From: Octopus vulgaris
Lineage: Eukaryota
Length of the DNA: 64,000 nt
Direction of reading: 5' to 3'
Assembly (NCBI GenBank): GCA_951406725.2
Contig: OX597821.1
Span: 67,270,001 to 67,334,000 of the forward strand
A model generated the notes under the pieces. That model saw only the letters and a list, made by a program, of their open reading frames with translations, had not been told where the DNA came from and did no database searches. Within the stretch, counting starts at the first letter, position 1; each line of letters begins with the position of its first letter. Shown in pieces: positions 51,150 through 64,000 of this stretch. Both the position numbers and the translations under genes were made by a program.

Positions 51150-52350
51150 CTTTGACTACAATGGCGAGAGCAATAACATTAGAAAAAATTCAAGCCATTA
51201 GCAAGAACGGCAGCAAGACATCCTTCACTGGAGTGGTCTCAGGAAAGGAAATATAAAGTGAATTATAAAGTATATCTCTAGAAGACAAAATGGGAAATCA
51301 CAACACGCCATTCGATTTAGGAAAAATGGGGGTAGAAGCTGGAGTCCATGTGCCTTTACCAAGATACTTACTGCGACTCCCAGAAAAAAAAGAAAAACTT
51401 GTTATATATCTATTTCTTTACTACCCACAAGGGGCTAAACACAGAGGGGACAAACACGGACAGACGAAGGGATTAAGTCGACTACATTGATCCCAGTGCG
51501 TAACTGGTACTTAATTTATCGACCCCGAAAGGATGAAAGGCAAAGTCGACCTCGGCGGAATTTGAACTCGGAACGTAACGACAGACGAAATACTGCTACG
51601 AATTTCGCCCGGCGTGCTAACGTTTCTGCCAGCTCGCTGCCTTGTTATATATCGTTGCATGAAATTAAAAGTCGTTACATGGAGCCCATTAGTGATGCTC
51701 AAGCAGAAAAGGTCCTTTGCGATATATGGAATGATACGGAACATATATCTTTGGAAAAGTAGTTGTATTTAAGGCGGAGACACATACAGCAGTCGCCAGC
51801 CACAACGAGGACTTCGTTCTCTGCACCACGTATTTGGAAAGAACAGTGATAAAAGGAAAAATATCGAAGATTTCCCTACAGATATGTCTCTGCTGGATAT
51901 TGGCATGAATTGTTTGGGAAAGAAATATTACAGGATATGCAGAGAACAAAGCAAAGGAACTCGTTTGGGACCATACTAGCGCTCCATTGCTCGGTAAAAC
52001 CAGAATATCAAGAAAGGATTCCAGAAAAAAAGGATTCCCTGTCAAAAGCGGCGATGAGAATCATTGTGGACGGTAGACAGCCGAGTTGCCGCATACGTGG
52101 AGTAACAGAATATCGCAGAGCTTTCTTCTCACACACCTAAAAGAAAAGGATGAGAAAAAAAGACTCCCTCTGCTGCCATACAATCCCTGCAAAAGCAGTG
52201 TACAACAGAAGCAGTAGGAACATCAACACGAGGGAAGAAAGAAGTCACAAACAATTTGCATAGAACAACACTAACAAGAGAAATTACAAGAACAAAATCG
52301 ACAACACCTACAAAAGTAGAAGTGACTGTGGAACCAGTCCAGTAACAACA
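51150..52350 (+). mobile_element. Decayed ORF1 (gag-like) of an L1/Tx1-type LINE, interrupted by a SINE
   Basis: Purine-rich broken frames; RIIVDGRQPSCRIRGVTEYRRAF resembles a degenerate V.GR...C..CG..GH....C knuckle. Confidence 0.4.
51411..51640 (-). mobile_element. Meta-like SINE monomer (first-type tail)
   Basis: Perfect TSD CTTGTTATATATC at 51398-51410 and 51641-51653; the 3' end stops at AAAGAAATA. Confidence 0.92.
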
Positions 52351-52615
52351 TCGGTATAAAAACATCAACCCCGATACCACTTACTCTAGTAACTGAGGTG
52401 GCGAAAAATAGTAGGTACAGCAAAATAACCGCCAACCAGGGAATATCACCTCCTACCACTCTCGATCTGTGATCATATTCCTCTTTGTTCTACATGCATA
52501 GTTATTGGCAGACACTCACAAGAAAACATGCTATTTTGGTCACCATAATAGGGTACAGAAAAAAGCATTACAAAACGCCTGGTACAATTTCTGCTGCAAG
52601 TTTTATGTCAGAATA

Positions 52616-52820
52616 CAGTAATCCTTCGCCTTATTGCGGTTCACTTATCGCGCATACAGTACATCGCGGATTTTTCTGGGTAATATTTGTAAATTTATAC
52701 CGTGGACTCTTCAGTATATACGAGTTTCTGCAACCGATAGGTATTTATAGCTTTTTAGATTTTAATCATTTCTGTGGGAGATTTTGGAACTTAACACTAA
52801 CGATAACTGAATGATTACTG
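52616..52820. mobile_element. pogo/Tigger-type MITE related to 11349-11612, opposite orientation
   Basis: TA|CAGTAATCCTTCG ... GATTACTG|TA; GCGGTTCACTTATCGCG motif. Confidence 0.75.
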
Positions 52821-53084
52821 TATCTTCCTCCTAAAGGAGATGCCTTCCTCTGAGGCTTTGTCAAAAGTAACGGATCATCTCTAGCCCTGCGAAATCAATT
52901 TAACCCTTACATAGATGGGATAAATACTATCGGTCCGAGTCAGAACGGACCTGGATGGAATGATATTATAGGACTGACCCCAACTTCTCACAACTCCAGA
53001 AATAGACAAACAAAAATAGCTAGCGAGCTACATACAGAGAGACAGACAAACAGACAGACAGGCAGACAGATAGCCAGACTGACT

Positions 53085-53198
<114 letters not shown>

Positions 53199-53204
53199 AA
53201 ACCA

Positions 53205-53236
<32 letters not shown>

Positions 53237-53258
53237 CGTTCAGAGATTTATTATTGCT

Positions 53259-53344
<86 letters not shown>

Positions 53345-53462
53345 CATACGTACATACATATATATATTTATATATATATAGCGAGACAGAGAAACAGACA
53401 GACAGGGACAGAGAGAAAAAGAGGGAGACACAGAGAGATATAATAGAATAGACTAGAATAGA

Positions 53463-53549
<87 letters not shown>

Positions 53550-53881
53550 TGAGAGTGTATGCGTGTCTGTGTATTTAGTGTTTTTCTGTGTCCTCATGCA
53601 AGAAATCAATATTGTGTTACCAGAGAGCAGACGTTGTATTCAGGAGACAGAAAATTTCACTCAGCTGAGCCGCAGAGATATTTTTTAAACCAAACAATAA
53701 AAGACTTTATGATAGTATATTCTTAGCTTGAAAGTAAACACAATTTACGTTATTGTGTATTCTGATTGAAGTGAACAAATACATTTAAAACATCTATATA
53801 CACGCACAAACAAAAACACATACACAAAATGTAATGTAGCACAAAAACACATCTACATATATATATATATATATATATACC

Positions 53882-53940
<59 letters not shown>

Positions 53941-53959
53941 ATGTGTGTGTATGTATGTA

Positions 53960-53997
<38 letters not shown>

Positions 53998-54151
53998 CAT
54001 ATGTGTGTATGTATGTATATATGTATATGTACGTATTGTATGTATATAAATATATTTGCATCTTTACGTGCGTGTATTTATGTACGCACACATATACACG
54101 CACATACATACGTGCATATATATGTATATATTTACATATTATGTATAGCTG

Positions 54152-54187
<36 letters not shown>

Positions 54188-54834
54188 CATATGTATATAA
54201 ATATATAATGAATATAAATGTGTGTTAATGTGTATATGAAATTGTGCATATGTGTGTGTGTGTATGTGTGTGTATGTGTCTGTGCATCTGTGTATGTGTA
54301 CGCGTATGTATGTATGTTTGTACCTAATCTAATTATCTATATATGTACAGTCAAATACACACACTCACACATATACACTGACATAGAGAGAGAGAGAGAG
54401 AGTTGGAGGTAGAAGACGGAGAGTGAGAAAGAAGGTGAGAGGAGGGAAATGGATGGAGAAATGGGGAGAGAGGGTAGAGGGAGGGGATATATATATATAA
54501 ATATGTGTACATTTATATATATATATATGCATACACACATATATGCATATAAGTGTATTTTTGTGTATACATATATGCATATAAGTGTATTTTTGTGTAT
54601 ACATATATGCATATATATTATTTTACATATATACATATATATATGTATTTGTTTATTTATGTGTGCTTGTGTATGATATAAATGATACACACACACACAT
54701 ATATATGTATGTATGTATGTACGTACGTAAGTGTGTATACACATATACATAAGTCCGCTTGACTATGTGTGCTCATGTAAGTGTCTATATGAATGTATAT
54801 ATGTTTGCTTTTCTCTGTTCATATATTATTCTGC

Positions 54835-54873
<39 letters not shown>

Positions 54874-55136
54874 AGTGTGTGTAGGAATTGTTTTCTATAC
54901 GTGATCAATAATTATAAAAAGATATCGATGATATACACTATAATTCAGAAGTAACTGATTATGTTACTGAGATAAATGTTTGATACAAAGGACTGTGTAC
55001 TTTATATTCGGAACAAATTTATTTTGAATCTGCATCAGGCATGCTTACCCTGGGACTTTCTACATTACGCGGAAGAAATAATTTAGTTTCTCCGTCTATT
55101 CGCAATAGTACCGCGTTACTCCCTCACATCGCATTC

Positions 55137-55562
55137 TACTCTCTTTACTCTTTTACTTGTTTCAGTCATGTGACTGTGGCCATGCTGGAGCACCGCCTTT
55201 AGTCGAGTAAATCGACCCCAGGGCTTATTCTTTGTAAGCCTATTACTTATTCTATCGCCCTCTTTTGCCGAACCGCTAAGTTACGGGGACGTAAACAGAC
55301 CAACATCGGTTTCAAGCGATGTTGGGGGACAAAGAGACGCACAAACGTATACACACACATATATATATTTATACATATATATACGACGGGCTTCTTTCAG
55401 TTTCCGTCTACCAAATCCACTCACAAATTCCGCTGAGGTCAACTTTGCGTTTCATCTTTCGGGGCTCCATAAATTAAGTATCAGTTGCGTACTGGAATTA
55501 ATCTAATCGGCTAACATCCTCTTCCCAAATTTCACGCCTTGCGTCTAGAGTAGAAAAGATTA
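55137..55562. mobile_element. Headless CORE-like SINE (minus, 55137-55426) fused to a headless Meta-like SINE (plus, 55424-55562)
   Basis: Junction CCACTCA-CAA-ATTCCGC with a 3-bp overlap. Confidence 0.8.
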
Positions 55563-56175
55563 AGGACTCAGTAAGATCCAGTTTTTGGAACACAATCATC
55601 ACTCTTTGGTCACCGCTGTGCATGGTCAACACTGCCTCTCTCCATCAAGTGTTTCCCTGCTACCGGTGGACATACGAAGAAAGGGATATTGTGCTAGTGT
55701 TGGTAGCTCGGTTTCCTGAATAATTCGCACGATGTTAAGCATTGAAATTTTACGAATCGATGACGAGGTTAGAAGATAGGAATCCAAAGAGCGGTGGTAT
55801 ACGATGAATTAGGATGAATTTTGTAATGCAGGTAGATCTATGTAATATGCGCTTTGCATATTTGTATATTTGAACTTGAATTGATACGGTATGTGAATAT
55901 GCCTATGATGTGAAGTGTTTTATTTTGATAAAGGGACCTGACCTTTGAAATTTATTCTCCATACAGGCTTATGTGTGTGTATGCATGTGTGTGTATGGGT
56001 GTGTGTGTGTATGTGTTTGTATGTATGAATGTTTGTATGTATATATATATATATATATATATATTTTAATAAGTACATTCTCATAGACATGTGCTTGCTT
56101 TTCGTAATCAGTTTCACTATATTCCTATGTCCATGCGAGTGTTAGCATATACATGTGTGTTTGTCTGTCGGTCTG

Positions 56176-56242
<67 letters not shown>

Positions 56243-56543
56243 TTGTGTGTGTGTATATATATATATATATATGCACATGCATATATATATATTATATATA
56301 TGTTGTATATATATACATGCATAATGTACATATAAATATATATGTATATATTATACATATATATATATATACATACATATATATATATATAAATACCTAT
56401 ATATATATATATATATATATATGTTTGTGAGTGTGTGTGTGCGTGGGAGCGTGTGTTTGTGTGTCTGAGGGTGTGCGAGCATGTGTGTGCGTGTTTGTGA
56501 TTGTGTATGTGCAGTGAATGTTGTAAAATATATCAATAATATA

Positions 56544-57759
56544 TCGGGTTGGCAACTAAGTTCCCGCCGTTTTTATAAATGTTTGAATTTATTGCGTTTT
56601 TAAATTTTGGACTCTATTTTTTTATAGAATTCTATTTTTGCATAATTTTGGAATCTTTTTTTTTCTAGTTAATTTTAGTTAATTTTTTTTTTATTTTCAG
56701 ATCATTAAAATGGAATGTCATGTTAAGAAAAACGAGCATTTTCGGCACCTCTCTCTTTTTACTTTTAATCAAAGTTCTAAGGCCCAAAAGCTGCTCGCAT
56801 ACCAATCGCTCGTGATTCGAATGCCAAGTTCAAAAATGGAAATTTTGACATCAAAGATGCAACTCGTTCTGGCCGTCTAGTTCAGTTCGATGAAGAGCGA
56901 TTAAACCAGTTTTGCACGAAAATTCTCGTCAAACGACTAGGGAACTGGCAGAGAAAATGGAATCCATCCCCACTGCTATAGAGAAGCATCTTCACTCGAT
57001 GGGAAAGGTTCAGAAGTATGGAGCATGTTTTCTGCATGCTTTAAGTGGCAACAACAAAAGTCAACGACCCACAATCTCCGCTGGTTTGCTTGCTCGTCAC
57101 CGCTCAACTCATGGATACAAGCAACAATATCTTTACCGAATCGTTACTGGCGACGAAAAATGGTGACTGTGCATCAATATGAAGCAGCGTAAGGGATGGC
57201 ACGTGAAACAAGATCTTCATCCGCTAAAACGATGTGGTGTGTATGGTGGGACTGGGAAGGGATTATACATTACGAATTGCTTGAACGAAACCAACCGGTC
57301 AACGTGGAAGTCTATGTTCAACAGGTGGAACGACTCAACACGGCTATTCAAGAGAAAATAGCTAATCGGCAGCACGAAGTTCTTCTGCTACACGACAACG
57401 CCCGCCCCCATATCGCCAATGTGACCAAGGAAGTCATTTAAACGCATGGCTTGAAAGTGCTGCCACACCCGCCATACTCTCCTCATTTGGCACCAACGGA
57501 TTTCCACCTCTTTCGATTTGTTTCCAATGCTATGCGCGGAGTTTCATTCAATACTGATGCAGCATGATTGGATCAATTTTTCGAGTCGAAATCGGGTGAT
57601 TTCTACCAACGAAGTATTGAAAATCTTGTTGAACGATGGGAAAAAGCTGCAAACAACAAGGGTGAATACATTATTGATTAATTAGTTGTTATTTTCTTTT
57701 ATTAAACCTTTTAAAAAATCTAAATTGTAAAAAACGGCGGAACTTAGTTGCCAACCCAA
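56544..57759 (+). mobile_element. mariner transposon (DD34D), complete but inactive
   Basis: TIRs TCGGGTTGGCAACTAAGTTCCCGCCGTTTTT / AAAAACGGCGGAACTTAGTTGCCAACCCAA; TA on the left, TG on the right; 1,216 bp. Confidence 0.95.
56710..57681 (+). pseudogene. mariner transposase pseudogene
   Basis: MECHVKKNEHFRH, IVTGDEKW, VWWDWEGIIHYELL, LLHDNARPH then 34 residues to the D of YSPHLAPTDFHLF, GEYIID*; contains stops and frameshifts. Confidence 0.95.
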
Positions 57760-57844
57760 TGTGTTGTATCGTGCAAAAATTACCTGGTATAGAAATCAAT
57801 ATGCTCAATATGCTTAGTAGAGTTAATATATATTAATTATATAA

Positions 57845-58036
57845 AATTTCAGGTCGCTGCAAATCCTTGACTGGTACACTACATCAGAGATTAACATCTA
57901 CTTTAATGTCTGGGAAGTGAACTGTCTATATTGCGCACAGACATGTCTCCGATTTTGCAGTATTATATTTTACCGGCACACATTTCTACACACCACAATC
58001 TACTGATATATACACACGCGCATGCATACACACACA

Positions 58037-58103
<67 letters not shown>

Positions 58104-58319
58104 CTATGCATGTAGGTAAGTGTATATATGTTTATATATATAGCCGCAAGCGTGGTTGTTTGGTAAGAAGCTTCGTTACCAAACACATGGTTCCAAGTTC
58201 AGTTCCACTGCGTAGCATCTTGGGCAAGTGTCTTCTACGATAGTCTCGGGCCGACCAAAGCCTTGTGAGTGGATTTGGTAGACAGAAACTGAAAGAAACC
58301 CATCATATATATATGTATG

Positions 58320-58386
<67 letters not shown>

Positions 58387-58624
58387 ATGTATGTATGTTT
58401 GTATGTATATGTATGTATATATGCTTGACAACAGATGTTGGTGTGTTTACGTTCCCGTAGCTTAGCCGTTCGGCAAAAGAGAACCATAGAATAAGTAGTA
58501 GGCTTACAGAGAATAAATCCTGGGTTCGATTTGTTCGACGAAAGGTAGTCTCCAGCATGGCCGTAGTGAAATGACTGAAACCAGTAAAAGACTAAAAGAA
58601 TATATGTGTATGTGTGCGTATGTG

Positions 58625-58684
<60 letters not shown>

Positions 58685-59074
58685 TATATGTGCGTGTATG
58701 TAAGTATATATATATATATATATATATATAAGTCAGACAGTCAGTAAAGTTAAAACTAGTTGAGAGACATCACAGACAAATTGTATTAATAAGTGTACTA
58801 ATAAAATAATAACGAATTGTCTTTTAGAAGCGGACAATTTCCATGCGCTTTGTCTGCAACTTCAATAATACAAATGGACCGAAGATTGCAACAGATATAT
58901 AGAGTGTATAAGTCAGTAGATTGTGGTGTGTAGAAATGTGTGCAGGTACAATAAAATAATGCAAAATCGGAGACATGTCTGTGCGCAATATAGACAGTTC
59001 ACTTCCCAGACATTAAAGTAGATTTTAATCTCTGATGTAGTGTACCAGTCAAGGATTTGCAGCGACCTGAAATT
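57845..59074. repeat. 171-bp inverted repeat enclosing about 0.9 kb of microsatellite and a SINE
   Basis: Arms 57845-58015 and 58904-59074, about 7 mismatches. Confidence 0.9.
58141..58600 (+). mobile_element. CORE-like SINE with an expanded internal (TG)n
   Basis: Head, CTTGGGCAAGTGTCTTC core, tail CCAGCATGGCCG...GACTGAAACCAGTAAAAGA. Confidence 0.88.
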
Positions 59075-59701
59075 CTAGCAGTAAATATTATTCTGAAGTT
59101 ATTCATAGATTATTTTCGCAGAAAGCTAATACTAAGCTTGTACGTACAAACATTCGTATAAACATATTTGTATTGAGCCATATATGCATATCGTTATCCA
59201 GACATACAGGTACTCGCACACACTCACACACTCACACACGCATACACATACAAGTACATATATACCTACATGGATACAGGTGCTTACGTATATGCGGAAA
59301 TGTGGTCTCAAAAGACTAACAGAGCGAGAGAGGTGTGCCTGTATCAATATGAATTTATATATATATACATATACATATATATATAAATATATACCCATAC
59401 ATGCATACATACACATATATGCATACATACACACACACATATATATATACATACACACACACGCACATATATAGTGGTATGTGTATATAGATAGGTAGAC
59501 AGGTAGATAGATAGTTATATGCTTACGTACACTTATACAAACACATACATATTTCCATATGTATGCATATATGTATATATATATCTATACACATATGCTC
59601 ACGCATTCAAAATCTTAGATATATGAATCTATATAAATACATATATATTTCTGTATATATTTATATATATATATAAGTATATTTGTCTGTATGGATGCTT
59701 G

Positions 59702-59733
<32 letters not shown>

Positions 59734-60092
59734 TTATATTGTATATATATATATTTATATATATATATAAGAATGTATGTATATCTATGTATCTCCATAC
59801 ATACATGCACAAATGTGTGTGAGCATACAATTCTCAGTAGATTCTGGAGATTAAATTTATGTTGGGATTCTCCGGCTTACTGTTGATATATTTCGGCATG
59901 AACGTCTTATTTTAGTGACGGCTTCTATTATATACATATATGCTTGCATATGTGTGTCTATATCTTAATCAGTCTAATATAACTTTTTTTCCTTCATTCC
60001 TTGTATGTTGATGCAGACATATATACACACAAATATATATAAACACACACACACATATATATACATACATATATATATATATAGATACATAT

Positions 60093-60127
<35 letters not shown>

Positions 60128-60172
60128 CATAAACATATATATATACACATATATCTAAATATATACACATAC

Positions 60173-60214
<42 letters not shown>

Positions 60215-60225
60215 CTATATATATT

Positions 60226-60279
<54 letters not shown>

Positions 60280-60371
60280 AGTATACATATATATTTATAT
60301 GTATATAAATATATATATATGTATATATGTATACATATATACATACATACGTACATGCATACATACATGCA

Positions 60372-60410
<39 letters not shown>

Positions 60411-61065
60411 TAACAGAAAAATATATTCTATAATCGTACATGTTTCCATGTATACATGACCTAGACATATTGACACCCATACATACATGTAGTAATATGC
60501 ATGTGTATGTATTTGAATATGTGTATATAAACGTACATATAATTTTACGTATATGCGGAATCATATATACATATATATACGTGGATGCATGTACATATGT
60601 ATAATAATATATAATAAGCGGGGAAGACTTCCGTATTAGTGATATTAAATTCTGCTATCTTTCTCTATGAGTGTATCGACATGTTAGTTAACTGTTCCGC
60701 AACACCGGTTATTATACTTACTAACAAACGATATATTCATTTTCTATGACTATTTTGTTTTAGGTTTCGTGTTGGGCAAATATTTTCAGATACTTTTACC
60801 CTGTTGCCTGATTAATTTACTGACTATTGTGTCCTGTGCCATTATTCAAGTTCTGGTACCATCCTTTAACTTGCGTCTATGCGGGTACACCCCGCTCAAA
60901 TGTTCAGCATCACATATCGACCACGTCATTTTTCTCATCTTGGTACTTGTAATCGAAGACTGTTTGTCAAACCACGTAGTTGGGGATTTAAGAGGCATAA
61001 TGTAAAAGAATGTCTGTCTTCGAATAGTTTAAACAAACATATGTACAAAACCACATACAGGTATA

Positions 61066-61240
61066 TACGAAAGAGTGGTGAAAAGTTCCTGGCCTTGGGT
61101 AAAAGAAAATTCAGAAAATTAATTATGATTTTATTCAATATATTCGGCTCTTAGATTCACACACTTCTTACAGCGATCCTTTAGTTTTTCTAAGCCCTGT
61201 AAAAGGACTCGGAATGTTGGGCCTCGATCCAAGCCTTTCG
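61066..61240. mobile_element. Single terminus of a second mariner-type element
   Basis: TA-CGAAAGAGTGGTGAAAAGTTCCTGGC resembles TACGAGG...AAAAGTT mariner TIRs; no partner end was found. Confidence 0.4.
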
Positions 61241-61354
61241 CTACTTAACATATATACATAATACATACTACACACATATGGAAAGAGAGTGCGAAAGAGT
61301 GAGCGAAAGAGAAAGAGAAAGAGCCAGAGAGAAAAAGAGAGACTTACACAAGAC

Positions 61355-61516
61355 AGGCGTGTGGTCTAGCGACTAACATGTTCGGCACACGATCATGTCT
61401 CGTGTTTAACTCTTAGACTAGCGCGGGACCTTGTGTCCTCGACCAATCAAATCTCGTCAATTCTTGTCCATCAAGTCTCCTTAACTGAACGTGAGTACCA
61501 GCCAAAATGCTGGTGC

Positions 61517-61592
<76 letters not shown>

Positions 61593-61720
61593 CCACGTGT
61601 CACGTCCTGAATGTGCTGCTTGGTGAAAGCTTAAATGAATGGAAAGTGTCAACGTCTGTTCGTGTCTACATAGATACACCAAACAATTGATGAAAGCAGT
61701 GTGCGTGTTTACGTATTACT
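61355..61720 (+). mobile_element. Old tRNA-derived SINE with an internal (CT)n
   Basis: GGCGTGTGGTCTAGCG A-box-like start, TTGTGTCCTCGA, TGAGTACCAG. Confidence 0.4.
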
Positions 61721-61812
61721 AAGCCATAGCCGTACGTGGATGATAATTCACAGTTTACGTCTACCAAATTTGGCTCATAAAACTTTAGTCTATTCTCTAC
61801 AACATACGTATA

Positions 61813-61941
61813 TGAGTTCAAATTCTGCCGAGGTCGACTTTACCTTTTCACCCTTTCGGAGTCGGTAAATTGAGTACCAGTTGCGTAACTGACTGGCTCC
61901 CTCCCCCAAAATGTTGGTCCTTGTCCCTAGTGTAGAAAAGA
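61813..61941 (+). mobile_element. 5'-truncated Meta-like SINE
   Basis: GAGTTCAAATTCTGCCGAGGTCGAC...CCTTGTCCCTAGTGTAGAAAAGA. Confidence 0.85.
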
Positions 61942-61942
61942 T

Positions 61943-62025
<83 letters not shown>

Positions 62026-64000
62026 CACACACACATATAGATGTGAGTGCGCGTATGTATGTATGTGTGTATGTATGTGTATGTATGACATGTCCAACAT
62101 GTTCTGTGAAACGAAACCTGGACATATATGCTTGCAAAAACCGGCTTCCTAACCACACGCCTATGATTACCCCTCTGTAGACTTTGTTCAGGAAAAAATA
62201 GAGGATGCTCAAGGCTAGAAATTATGTGACCATTGGTCGATTCAGTCAGTGCTGGCTTACGCATAATCACAACCACAATTAGGACTCAGCGAGAGGGTCT
62301 CTATACGGTACATCAATTTGTTACATATAGCCTGCAAATGCTTGCTATTCTGTAAAACAACGGCCATATTGCATATTAATGAAAGCCGGTTTTCTTTCGA
62401 CTGTGACAACTGTGTGGATCACCACATTCTTTCTTTCTAATACCTCCTTTGCCATAGGCTGTCACAATTTCGAATGTACCCAGCACGATGGCATGACCAA
62501 GACTCTACCATTTAATCTCTGGTGATGCTTCCTCAACAGAGTATGTTGAGAAGGAACCCAACAGAGGATGAGTGGGAGGCTGTAGAAGTGTCAGCATTTC
62601 ATTGTCACGGACACGCGGATTAGTGCAACTGCCAAAACGAACAATCCCCAGTCTATTGTTCATAAGAGTTTCGGTTTGTTCGTGACGATTAATTGAGATT
62701 TGAGATAATTTGGCTGCAACTTCCAATAATTCAAGCATGTTCCGTTGTATGAGTTAGACAACACAATGTTTTGGCTGGACGGTATAAGACCAAAATTGGA
62801 GGCATATGGTACATATCTAATGATGATGCCCGGTACAACATATCAAATCGATTGGATAAAAATAAATATACTGTACGTCGATACTCCTTTCGTCTGTCTT
62901 TCTTAAAACATACTATTTTGATTTATATGACCCCGTCAATCAGTAAATGCCATCAATCAGGTATAGCTACGGTTGGTTTTTCGACTTGTAATAATAATGT
63001 TCGTTGTAAACATAATCATGGCGAAGAACATGACAAAAGCAATGATGAATATGAAGATGATACGGATGATGGCGGGAAATACTGTTGTTGCAGACGATTA
63101 TCGGGATGAAGATCAATTTGATGCTGATAATGACGATGATGGCGATATTAATGACGAGGAGGAGGAGGAGAAGGAGGAGGGTGATAACGAGGATAAAGAA
63201 GGCCGAGAAGTGATGATAATGTTAAGCCATGTTGGCGATGGGGATAATAGTCATGTACAGATGCTATTGAATGCTTGTAATTCGTTCGAGAAACCCGATA
63301 AACGATACACAGAAACGACGTGAGTTTTACGACAAATATCTCTTCTAAAGTTACTTACGTCATGAAAAATCACTGCAAACGTAAGGATTCTGTATTCTAG
63401 AATTTCTTGAATCGTCGAGAATCAGTGGGAATCATGCAGGAAAGGGATGCCATGGGGTAAAACATTGCTACTACCAAAATCTGTGTGTGTGCGAGTGTAT
63501 GTCGGCGACTTTGTGTGCGTGTATACATGCGTGGCTATGTTAATATATATATATACATACACATATATGTGTGTACATTAAGGAGACTATACCAGATAAG
63601 CTCCTTTCATTACTACGTAATGTTTTGAGTTTTACATCTTTATACAATTTCTTAAACAATTGTTAATTCATTTTCAACTTCTTAGTACATTTTATCTCTT
63701 ACTAATCCTAAGTCTATATTTTGCGCTCTCTTATTCGATATCTTTCTCTCATTCGTTCTCTAGTCATCGCCATATCTACTTTCCCTTTACAATATATGTT
63801 ATCTGTCTATTTCTCGATACTGTTAATCTCGTTGTCTCCGAATATATTTTCATTTATCCATCGATCCCTTATCTAAACGATATATTTCTCCCGATACTTG
63901 TTCAGAAATACGAAACTACTGTTAATACATTTATGCACACGGGCGCGCAAGCTCAGATGTACACACGCAATCACACATACACATAGCCATATACATATGC

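Overview
AT-rich, extremely microsatellite-dense animal DNA with no host gene I can support. The repeat families and microsatellite profile resemble an octopus (cephalopod) genome, which is an inference from recalled families. Contents: (1) restriction-like-endonuclease LINEs of the R4/Dong clade, namely a head-to-tail stack of three families in one (TAA)n tract (3.5-9.8 kb), an inverted second copy that is an in-frame chimera of two families (24.3-27.4 kb), and an RT-deleted fourth family (36.5-38.5 kb); (2) at least four tRNA-derived SINE families that exchange heads, cores and tails; (3) a decayed DD34D mariner, pogo/Tigger-type MITEs, non-autonomous Helitrons, and CR1, RTE and L1/Tx1 remnants; (4) several fold-back elements and minimal hammerhead-ribozyme-like motifs embedded in microsatellites, probably Penelope-type. 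The most unusual signal is SINE concatemers: one tRNA head followed by headless 184-bp units joined at a fixed palindromic junction (GAAATA-GG-TATTTC), with each whole array flanked by a single target-site duplication. Nearly all short ORFs in the track are microsatellite artefacts.
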